From assembly GCF_009914755.1 (NCBI RefSeq), contig NC_060926.1: a stretch of DNA of 64,000 nucleotides, one strand, 5' to 3'. Origin of the DNA: the human T2T-CHM13v2.0 reference genome, Homo sapiens. Both the position numbers and the translations under genes were made by a program. Positions 14,230 through 25,350 of the stretch are shown one piece after another (position 1 is the stretch's first letter; each line of letters opens with the position of its first letter). The notes under the pieces are model-generated. The model was not told the DNA's origin. It worked only from the letters and a program-made list of their open reading frames with translations, and did not search any database.

Positions 14230-15200
14230 CGCAGCGAGTGTTTGGGGTTTTATTCAGACCGGGCTGACGGTGTGTGTCGCCGCCACGCACCGCTGCCTGT
14301 TCGAACGCATGGCTGAGCTGCCGACCGGCTCGCTACCCCAAACACCGTACGCCACCCAACTCCTCTTGTAACGCCATCGCGCGTGGCATTGTGTTGGGTT
14401 CTGCGTGTGTGGCATCGGAGTCGTGGAATTTAGGGGGAACAAGGCTTTTCCCCCCGTCCCCCCGGGGTCTCCCTTGGGTGGGGGCGACACGGCCAAGGGC
14501 GGCGCGCCCTGGGGGTGCCCGGGGGCGCTTCTTCCCCAGGGCGTTACGCACCGGCGGCCCGGCGCGGAGGTGCGCGGGGGCGATCGGGAGATGCGGGGCG
14601 GGCGAGGGGTGGTGGGATGGGCGCCGCCTTAACTTCGATCCTGCGGCGGCCCGAGAGAAGCCGTCGCCGCCCCGCCCGAGCTGGGTGCCGCGGCACTCTG
14701 CTCTGCGCCGCGCGTCTCCGCGGCTGCCTCTTTAATCAGGAACACAGAAGGGGCGGGCCCTGAGCCGGCGCGTAATCGGATAGCTCTGCCGCGGCTCTGA
14801 CATCCACATGCTGCTCGGCCTGAAAAGGCAGTGGGGAGCCGGAGGGGAGGCAGAGATCGCGAGCGAGGCACCAGCCTGCAGCCGGCCCCCAGCACATCCT
14901 CAGCCGCACAGACACTCGGCGAGGTGGAGGTGAGGGCGGGCGCCAGCGAACTCGGAGAGGGGCTCGCTCACTCCCAGGCGATCCCAGCCGCCACCGCCGC
15001 CGCACCAGCAGCAGCAACAGCAGCAGCAGCTTCCTTCCTCAGACTCCCCTCGAGAGGCTGGCCAAGCGGGTGTAGCCGTTGGGGGAGGCTCCCGCCGGGG
15101 GAACCCGGCGAGGACAAGAGCAGGGCGGCCGCCTTCCACTCGGGCTGTCCGGCGGCGGCTGCCTCCGCCCGCGTGTCCGTCAAGGGTGCCGCGGGATGTG
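14230..15200. promoter_or_regulatory. CpG-island promoter of NRP2 (no obvious TATA box; GC boxes)
   Basis: Very high GC and CpG density; GGGGCGGG Sp1-type boxes near 14595 and 14750; lies directly 5' of the start codon exon. Boundaries judged by eye. Confidence 0.9.
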
Positions 15201-15641
15201 TGTCAGTTTACGCCTCTGAGATCACACAGCTGCCTGGGGGCCGTGTGATGCCCAAGGCAAGTCTTGGTTTTAATTATTATTATTATCATTATTGTTACGC
15301 TTGGCTTTCGGGAAATACTCGTGATATTTGTAGGATAAAGGAAATGACACTTTGAGGAACTGGAGAGAACATACATGCGTTTTGTTTTTAAGAGGAAAAC
15401 CGTGTTCTCTTCCCGGCTTGTTCCCTCTTTGCTGATTTCAGGAGCTACTCTCCTCCTGGTGAGGTGGAAATTCCAGCAAGAATAGAGGTGAAGACAAGCC
15501 ACCAGGACTCAGGAGGGAAACGCTGACCATTAGAAACCTCTGCATAAGACGTTGTAAGGAGGAAAATAAAAGAGAGAAAAACACAAAGATTTAAACAAGA
15601 AACCTACGAACCCAGCTCTGGAAAGAGCCACCTTCTCCAAA
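14851..15641 (+). other. NRP2: Long NRP2 5'UTR with CCG/CAG repeat and upstream ATGs
   Basis: Sequence between the approximate TSS and ATG 15642; uATGs at 15196, 15248, 15344 and 15375. Confidence 0.75.
14988..15029 (+). repeat. Compound CCG/CAG trinucleotide repeat in the 5'UTR
   Basis: ccg cca (ccg)3 cac (cag)3 caa (cag)4. Confidence 0.9.
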
Positions 15642-15714
15642 ATGGATATGTTTCCTCTCACCTGGGTTTTCTTAGCCCTCTACTTTTCAAGACACCAAGT
15701 GAGAGGCCAACCAG
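15642..15714 (+). CDS. NRP2: NRP2 coding exon 1 (signal peptide, MDMFPLTWVFLALYFSRHQVRGQP)
   Basis: aaaATGg strong Kozak context at 15642; hydrophobic signal peptide; donor CAG|gtaagc at 15714/15715; 73 nt, phase 1. Confidence 0.97.
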
Positions 15715-15906
15715 GTAAGCCACTGAAAGTTTTTCTATTTATTGCAACATGGTTTCCCCTTTAAAAGTGACCGCTAAAGCAGGAAGGCCACGCAGAACGG
15801 CACAGAAGAAGGCTCCCTCAGTACTCAATAATTTAAAGAGAGATCCCAGCCGGCCCTTCCTACACCACCACGGCTGCTAAAACCCAACTTTCCTCTCCTG
15901 CTAGGA

Positions 15907-15940
15907 GTGTGTGTGTGTGTGTGTGTGTGTGTGAGTGTGT
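15907..15940 (+). repeat. (GT)n microsatellite
   Basis: (gt)13 ga (gt)3. Confidence 0.95.
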
Positions 15941-17199
15941 TTTGAAACAGAATTTGGCGGTGTTCATATGTCACATATGGACTGAATCAAAGGTTTAAAA
16001 ATACTACAAAGCCTTTGCATTACAGTTTTTGGGAATTTTTTTTCCCTGTCTTGAAGCAGAACACACCTCCCTTGAGTTTCTCCAACTAGCCAGTGAAATA
16101 TAAATCATTTGCATTCCCTCCACTTAGCTACATTGAGCAATGTTAACTGAAGGGCTTGGGAAAGACAAGAGTTTAGTTTTGGTTTTCAGATGCTGTAGAT
16201 TCTTTGGAGAATGACTGGTTATGCTTCAGAATCATAAGGCTCAGGCTGGTGGAGCAAGTTGGCTTGTGGCTGAGATAGGGGCTTGGGGTTGGGTGCTGCT
16301 GGCAACCAAGACGGTTGGTCTCTTCTCTCTTCATCCATGTGTTGTCTGGGAAAGTAAATCGTACGTTCTTTTAGAAATTATTATTAGCTAAAACAAATTG
16401 CAGGCCCTCGAAGGTCTCTCACTCTTGTGAAGTGGTTAGAAACTTTTGAGTGGAATTTGTTCTCAACCACTGCCAAAAAGGGTGTGTGGACAGGCTGCTG
16501 TGGAGATAAGCATTTCGAGGCCCAGAACAGTCTGGGGACCGCATTTGTGGGGAGCGGCAAGGGGTATGCTCTGGAAAGGGGAATCCATGGGGAATGCAGT
16601 GGGGTTTGTGCTTCCTTCTCGGACCACTCTCTAGAGTGAGCCTCCCTACCCCTCTGAGAACAGTGTCTGGAATCTAACAACAAAACTCTTAGCAGCTGCT
16701 ACAGGTGATTGGAGATGGAGAAACCATCTATGGAGGAAATGGGTGAAAGAAAGGCGAAAAAGCCTTCCTGAAGTGCCCTCACCCAAGGCACTTGCAAGGC
16801 GATGGCGGCAGTGGTAGAGCTAACTCTGCAGCCTCCTTGGCATCCCCAGAACATCAGCTAGTGGATCCTAGCCTTGCATCTGGTACTGTCACCCTTCCTT
16901 CTCCTCACGCCCCCCACCAGCACACACACCACTTTAAGCTTGGGCATTTATTTGAGGGGGGAAGAAAATTCAGGAATGCCTTTGCCACCCAGATCCGCAC
17001 GTTTGCAGCTCTTTCTTTGCCATAAGTGGTCTTCAGGGCAGCTGCAAATCCTGCCAAAGGGATGGGTGGGGGTCCCACTTGGGGAGATTTTCTGGGCCTC
17101 CCCCGTTCCCCCTTGCCTTATTTCTAAATTCCCAGCTTGAAGCGGAATTAAATTACCACTCACAGACCTGGATGCTGCGTAAATTATGTATGTTTGTGT

Positions 17200-19250
17200 G
17201 ATTCGCTGTGTGTGTGTGCACACGCGCGCGCGCCGTGAGGATGCCCACAGTATATTATGTATTCAGACACGGACTCCAGTAGGCCCCAGCGCGCGAGCGC
17301 GCACACACTGGCACTCACACTGGCGCGCACACACATGCAACTTCAGGTTCCGTGTGCTGTGCGGAGCGGGAGGGGTCGTGAAGACTCAGGGGCCATCTCC
17401 TACCCCAGATGTTCGCACATCTGTCCCCGAGCGCTGCTTGGAGTGTGTGTACGTGTGTGCGCGACACCCGCTTGGACCCACTCCCGCTCTGCCACCTGCC
17501 TGCCGCGCTCTCTGCAGAACCCCCTCCCATCCCAATCCCCAGCAGTGCTGCGTCACTTCCAGAGAAGCCCAGAGGCGCGGAGTTCGGGGCAACCTCGGAC
17601 CCGGGGTGGGATCTCAGGGTGGGATTCGAAGCTGGGACCTGCCAGGGACCTCCAGCTCCCCAAAATGCGATCTCAAGCCGTGAGCTGCTCAGGCTTTCAG
17701 GCGGAGCAAAGCACTGGCACCCTGGGAGCCGGCAGCGGGTGGCCAGGGCGAGGCCAAGCTACACCTCTGACTCACCCGGTGTGCGCCGGCCGGGAAGGGG
17801 GCCTGGTTCAGCCGCCGCCGCCGGCGACGAGAACCAATTCTGGGAAGGAGCAAGATGGGGCAGAAGGTGCGCGCGGGGGAGCAACTGAGCAAATAACAAG
17901 GCGGTCGCGGCGCGCGGCACCTTGGGCTGGCGCGTGGCTGGGAGGCCGCATGGGCGACGCGCACCAGGCTGCCCCTCTCCTCACTGCGCCGCCTCGCCAG
18001 ACCGCAGTGCAGCCGCTAGCCTGCCTCCCTCCCTGCCCCGGGCGCCCCCGCCAGTCCCCTGCGCTCCGCTCTGCGCGGCAGGCTCGCCGCGACCCCTAGA
18101 GAGACGGCTTTGAGTGGCGGGAGGCCGAGGCCGGCTGGCTTGGGAATCCAAGCGCTGGCCCAACTAGGTGAGAGGAAACTGGGGTGGGATTTCGGAGAGG
18201 AGGGCGGAGAGAGGCGGGAAGGAACCAGCTTGAGCCCCAGGAATGCGCGCAACTTGCACAGCCTCTAGAAGCGCCGCGCGCCCAGCGCCCGCCGGTGCGC
18301 AGGAACAGGTGAAGAGCACGCGGCGTGCGGCCATCCACGTGGTGGGGACGTGATAGCCCCTCAGCTCTCCTCCTAGCCCTCCCTCCCCTTCCCCGCCCCC
18401 CAGCGCCTTCTCTAACGCCGCATCGATTTGTTTGGGCTACGCAGCAGAAACAGAGCCCAGCGATCCATAAACATTCTATTAAGCAAAAATATTCCCAGCG
18501 AAAGCAAAACCGAGGCTGAAGCCTCCGCGAAGTTGGCCGCCTCCAACTACTCCATGCTTGTGCCCTCCTCCTCCTCCTCCTCCTAAGGACACCCCCAGGG
18601 AAAAGCCTGCGGCATTTCTTCAACGCTGCCCTATGCCGGAAAGTTAGGTCTCGGCTGCAGCGCTGGTCTCTGGAGAAGCCTCTGCCTGCAGCCGCCGGCG
18701 AGTTCCCGCCTCCCCTCCCCAGCCGCCTCGCTCTTTGCTTTTCCACGTGAGAAAAAGAAATGTTCACGGCCGATGCTTCATTTTCACTGATTGATTTCTT
18801 TTTAATATCAACACAAGTTAATGGAGGCAAGGCGCGCTCTGATTGAAGGGCTGCCCCCGCCCTTCGACTCGGGCTGGCTGTGCCGGGGGTCTTTCCCACC
18901 GGGTCGCAGGCGTCCAGCGGCTGGGTGGCGGGCGCCGGTAGCCCTAGTGTTTGGAGGTGGGGGAGGGATTTGGAATAGACTTGTCGCCCCTCTGGGAATC
19001 ATCTGGGTTGGGGAACCTTCGGGAATCAGCTTTCCAGACCAAGTTTTAGGGGATCTTGCCCATATGCGTTGCGGCTTCTGCGGCTCCGGCTGAATTTCTT
19101 CTAAAAGATAGGAGATCCACGCTCAGGTTTATTGGCGTGTGCTCCCTGCTCGGCTCCCCTCCCTCCACTTCCTGTTCTTTCGGTTTCAGACAGAGAGGAG
19201 AGCCCCCTGGCGCTAGCCATTCCCGATCAGCGCCCACTACGAACGTCCCC
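17200..19250. promoter_or_regulatory. Second CpG island, in intron 1
   Basis: About 2 kb of high GC and CpG content with many CGCG sites, separated from the promoter island by about 2 kb of CpG-poor sequence. Confidence 0.85.
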
Positions 19251-21179
19251 TTTGCTAGAGTTAATCATGATCTGCGGGGGGACTGGGTTTTGCTCAGAAA
19301 ATCATTCAAGTCCTGACAATGGGTTTCTTCAAATGGTGGCAACTCCCAGGCCTAATGTCCCCACCTCCGGGACACATCGCTTGGGGCCAAAAGAACCCAG
19401 ACCCCATAACCATCTACCCCTCCCCTCCTCGTCTGGAGAGCTTTGATCTATGCTTGGGTTTTAACGCCATTGCCATGGACACGCGCAGATTCTCGGTCAA
19501 TTCACCCTTCCGTCTGGACTGGATGATCAGATAAGAGGTGTAAATTGGCTGTGGGAGACAGGTCTGGGTTCAGACAAATCCTGAAAGAGAAGCAATGACG
19601 GTCTAGGCGCCGGATAAGGGTTTGAAGTGTTTCTTTTAGCCTGTCTCCCCAAAATGTGAGATGGCCATTGGCGAGCATAATAATTTGCAAGTAAACTGTA
19701 AACTCCTAGATTTTACGCAGACGGCCTGCTCTGGGCTCTAGGGATTGGTCTCATGCCCACATTAAATGGGTACCCAGTAAACATTTCCCCCGTGATCAGC
19801 TCCTGGAGGTAGGGAAGCTGTGGCCAGTTGCCAGCAGAGCACACAGTGCAAGACAGTGGCAAAAGGAGCACTCCCCAAAGGGCCCCGGGCAGGCCCCTAC
19901 TCGTCCAAGCGGTGCCTGGTGGAATTGTGAATGCGCCAGTGCACATCAGGTTTGGAGTTTTATGTCATCCCATAGAGCCCTCAGACATTAAGCTACGGAG
20001 CACTCAACTGGCAAAATGAAAGATTGGAAGGCTGCAGTGACTGGAACCCAGGCTACCCAGACAGGACTCCTGCTGTCTACCAAATGGCTCTGATCCCCTG
20101 CTGTTGAATGTATCAAGTCCACGTTCTGCAGCAGAAAGGCCAGTTCCTATCTTCCAGGCATAGAAAAAGCTAGGAATCCAAATGCCAATTCATATGCAGT
20201 GAGGCACGAATACAAATGACAGTGAGGGAGGGGTCTGGGGTCAGTGAGGAGAGACACCAGGGACCAGATGATTCTGGGGACCCTGGTGTTTTTCATTTCA
20301 CTCAAGTCTTCCCTAAAGCAATCAGGAAAATGAACTGACTCAGGGTGACCTGAGTGTAAGACAATTCTGAGTTGACAGAATTCAAGAGCCAGGTAAAGAG
20401 GTTTCCAAATATATTCTCCAAAGGTCCAGTTTGGAAAGACTTTAGGAACTTGAGCTGAGATCTTCCTTTCTTAAAAGATAGAGCAAAAGAAGAATATCTT
20501 TTTAATTTCTTGAACTGACAAGAAAGGACTTGAAAAGTGTCATCTGGGCAATGGCTTGTAGTGTTATTAACATATTTGAGGTATTTTATTATCTGACCAT
20601 CACTTGCAACTGGATAATCTTTGAGATACCTTCCTTGAGTGGCAGATAAGTATATTGATCACCAGAAGTTAGTCTTTGTACTGTTCCTTCCAGGTAAGGA
20701 CTTGGCTGTTTGCTGATTTTTGTTTTTTAATTAACCCATTTCTGGAAGATGCTGCAGAAGTTTGTCCTGGAGAGCTACAGTATTTTTCAAAGCTTTATCT
20801 GCCTTGATGAGAAATGGTCAGAGGCTTAATGGTTTCATTGCCTAACAGGATTCAGTGGAGTAGGATTCCAGGACACAGTGGCCTTGTATCATGGCTGGCC
20901 CTCCAGGAGAAAGCATCTTCTAAAGGTTTAGGAAGCTGTCAAGTTTAGATAAGGCTGAGCTCCGATCCTCTGGGACCTTGGTTGTATTAATAAGGAGAAA
21001 TTAATTTTTAACCACTGGGAACATTGCCAAATTATGTGACCTTTGGCAGACCAGCTGTGCTATAAAAATAAATCCCCCATTTCTGAAAATGCTACTCCTA
21101 TCCAGTAGAACAATAACAATGTGGCATTTAGGATAGAGAAGAGTAGGATTGAGAAGAAAGGAGAGAAATAGGAGTTGGC

Positions 21180-21220
21180 AAAAAACAAAAAAACAAAACA
21201 AAACAAAAAAAACAAAAAAA
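21180..21220 (+). repeat. (AAAAC)n A-rich simple repeat
   Basis: aaaaacaaaaaaacaaaacaaaacaaaaaaaacaaaaaaa. Confidence 0.8.
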
Positions 21221-21569
21221 CCCTTCGATGTTGTGATACATGGTTTCAGACCTGAACTTCCTATCCATCACCCGCCCTCCCCGGCCCCATGCCTAGGGTT
21301 TCCAGAACACAGGAAAGAGGGCCAGGATGACAAGGAGCTGAGTGCCTGTGTGTACAGGGAGTGGAGAAGGTGTTAAGTGCTTCCAGCCCACTCACACCCC
21401 AGCCTCAAACACATCTCTCATTGTTCACACAGACAGAGTACTGGCACAGGCAGAGAAAAGGGGGTTTTCAAACAGGCAAAATATTTGTCTTTCCCTAAAT
21501 GCTACCAAGTAGGTTTGCCACTGAGAAGTTTTGTGGGGATCATCCCTGGCCTTCCCAGCTTCTGAAACA

Positions 21570-21760
21570 TGGGAACTAGACTGCCTGGGTTTAGAATCTA
21601 GCTCAGCCACTTGCTGGCTCTGTGATCCCAGTATCCTGTGTGATCAGATACTTAGTCTATGTGCCTCGGTTTCCTTGTCTGTAAATGTGTTTGGTAACAA
21701 TACCTACTTCATAGGGTTGTTGGGCTATGTCAGATTATGTAGAATACTGTTTGGCACATA
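21570..21760 (+). mobile_element. MIR
   Basis: ctgcctgggtt...gctcagccactt...gtgcctcggtttcctt.tctgtaaatg MIR core. Confidence 0.7.
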
Positions 21761-22792
21761 TGAAGCCCATTCTGAAGTCACTGAATCTTTAAAACTGTTT
21801 CAGTGGGGTTAGTGGAATCTCGTGATCGTAGAAAGCACACTATAACCATTGTGGTAAGTTGATTTTTATGAGATTTAAAAAATAATTCTTATTCTCAGTT
21901 CTTCCACCACCAAACCTCTGTGTTTTGTAAGCACCATATTATCTCTCGCCATGCTCTTCTTCAGAGAATATTCTCTGCTGAGTTCTTATCTTAGATTTAT
22001 GTCTCCCTTGCATTTTTTCCCTCCTTCTTCCTCTGTTTTCAGTATTCTTACCTCCTATTTTCTTTTTAATCTCTCATTTCCTTTCCTTTTCCTCCCCTTC
22101 CATCCTTCAACACTGAGAGTGTGCTCAGCAGGGAACACCGTGTTTAAGGCGCTCTCCCGAATGTGTAATAACTTCTACTCTGGCACTAAGGCCCTTCAGC
22201 AGCTGAACTCAAAAAAGTCATCATAAAGACAAAATAGCTTTTACCCAGCAAGGGTCTTAATAATCCCATTTCCCTCTGGGTCTTCATAAAGGAGTCATTA
22301 TCTAATCCAGAAAAAAAGGAGGGGCTGGGAATAACAAAAGAGAAGCTCTCGGTAGCACAGAGTGCACGAGGCTGCCGGCCAGCTGAGTGCACGTGGCCGT
22401 GGTACCCTGCTCCCGCCTCCACAAATCCTGCGATAACCAGTAACCAGTTCTGGCGAGTCTTTCAGCAGAGAAGATAATGGGAATTGCAAATTACTAGACC
22501 GAATGCTAATAATAATTGTTTGGATACAGGAGAAAAAATAAAACAGATGTTCCCCAAAGGCATTCTAGGGGCTACAGAAAGGAAAATGAGGAGGGGGTTG
22601 AGTAAAGAGAGGTTTGCTGAAACCAAGCACAAGAAAATCCAATACCAACAAATGGCTTAGTGATGAAGTAATAGTCAGCATCTTCCTGGTGGTACAGATA
22701 ACCAATATTTAAAGTTGCCTTTGGAAGTGTGGGGGTTGGAGTGAAGGGGACAAAACCCCTGAGATAAATTAATTTTACTAGTATTAAAATTA

Positions 22793-23214
<422 letters not shown>

Positions 23215-25214
23215 CTAACTCTACCTTGACCTACTTGTGACTAGGTATTATTATCCCAGACAAGTTATTCAAACTCTCAATTCACCACTAAGAAACATTT
23301 GCACTTAATAACAGCTGGGGGTGGGGAGGGAAGCGCAGTAGCTGTGGCCGCAGAATAATTTCTGATAGAACTCTCAGAGTCTGTCCTATCTAGTGATACC
23401 TTTGATGTTCCTTTGGTCACTTCTTAATTGGTTAATTCACCAAATCTTGATGAGTCTGACTTTTGGGAAAGGTTCTGGTTTGATCCTGTAAGACTTGCCA
23501 AAGATGGATCAGCAAGGAGTCATGACCTCAAGTTGCTGGTGGCTCAGTAGACTGGATGAGGCCCTCCAGAACTCTCACACATCTCAGAAGATGCTAAAGA
23601 GCTTCAGCCTCTCAGATGCACAGAGGAGAAAGACCACTCCCAGTATGGGAGAGGAGAAAGGGCAGAGGCAGCCTGGAGTGAGAGAGTAGGTGGGATTTAG
23701 AGCAGGGAAGGGCATACCAGGGGAAGGGGAAGGTGTGAGTAGAGAAATGGATGCTGGGTTGGTTTGGGGAACACTCAGAAGCTGCAGTTTAGAATGTATG
23801 GTGGGAAATAATTGCAAACAAGATTAGAAATAATAGCTTGGGCTCAATTCAAGGCCCAAATTGCTAGGCAAAGAGGTTTGGGTTTCACTTGCTAACCAAT
23901 GGGGAGCCATTAATGTTTCAACATAAGCTTCAGTTAATCAAAATAAATGAAGACAATATTATATTACTTTTTTTTCTCCTTTGGTTTTTGGAGAGACCTC
24001 AAAATTATTCTTCTGTTTCCTTCCCCAAATGTCTCCTAAAATGGTCAGGAATTGTAATCCCAGATCTCTCATCAATGGCATCAAAATTGCATTTGCAATG
24101 AGGGCTGGAAAAGAGAGGACATAAATATAAACTAATGACATTATATCGGCTGCCCTATTGGAATTGCATTTGTTTATGATATAAGATGACAAATAATAAG
24201 GTTAACACAGGTGGCATGATTCGAGGTCAGGAGAGGTAATCGCATCAAACTTACATTTTACCGATTAAATGAGGCTTCATTTTTAGAATCTAGATTGAGG
24301 GGAGAGATGTTCAAAAGGCTCCATTTCCAGACCCAATTTCCAGTTCTCTCCTAAGTGAATTCATTGGAGGTGTTTTAAGAGAGGGAATTTGCTTCATTCT
24401 TTATTCATTTCCAAACTCATATGCTGGCTTCCTCTCCTGCTCTCTGCTTCCCTCTCTCCTTCCCTCCTAGATGGCCCTTTTATTCAGATTTTGAACTTTA
24501 TCATTTCAAAAGTTCAGAAGGATTTCCATTTGCTGTGCCTTCAGGAGTGCATCATTCACTGCCACCAGTCTCCATAAATTGAGTAGATTGCATCCCTTCC
24601 CAGTTGCCTTAGGAAGTGGTCAAACAGCCACATTCCTGGGCTGATGGATTGGCTCATTTCTTCCCAGCTTAAGCCAAGATACAGATTTTATGAGACTGTC
24701 TTGTGACAGGCTGAAGTTGCTTTGAATAAAACAAAATCCAGCCTCAGCTCACAGAAATAATTCTTAAAACGCAGCTTATCCCGGGTTGGTGAGCAAAATT
24801 TGGTTAAAACCCTGAGCCAACGACTTAGATGATCTGGGTGAGGGATTTGAAGAAACTCCTTTTGGTTTTTCTTTTCATGCATCACTGTTGTTGACATGCT
24901 CACACACAGAACTGTGTATCCATAATATTTATAAATATGCAGCCACAGACTCAGTTACAAAAAGAAACTCGTGTTAGTAGACCTGATGTGATTAAAGGAG
25001 ACATTTGAACTCTCCGTAATGCAAGACAGACATGTTTTCTGAAGAATCCTGGAGTTTGGTTTCAGGCTTACCAAGCAGATAGAACAGGGGTAGCACCTTG
25101 AGTAAATGTCTTATTGTCTAGGAGGGTAGAGAATCTTTTGAATTTTTGGCTCAATCTATGGGTTATAAGATCTATTCCCCACCTCACTACATGGGCTTTG
25201 GATTTTAGCACTGG

Positions 25215-25350
25215 AACTGACCTTTAGAATCACCCCTCTCATTCTATAGATGAGAAAACAAAGGCTCAGAGTTGTCTACTAGCTTACCCAAGGTCACACA
25301 GCTTGCTAGTGGTGAGACTAGACTTGATTACTAGGCTTTTAAATCCTGCT
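25215..25350 (-). mobile_element. MIR
   Basis: atagatgagaaaaca.aggctcagag...cccaaggtcacacagct. Confidence 0.65.

Noticed and set aside
14274-15355. Overlapping 150-175 aa ORFs in the promoter
   Set aside because: GC-rich artefacts with non-ATG starts; only the ATG-initiated uORF portions were kept.
17186-18899. Long ORFs (280 aa on +, 267 aa on -, 165 aa on +) in intron 1
   Set aside because: They lie in a CpG island where stop codons are scarce. Translations are low-complexity Arg/Gly/Pro/Ala, overlap on both strands and show no recognisable domain.
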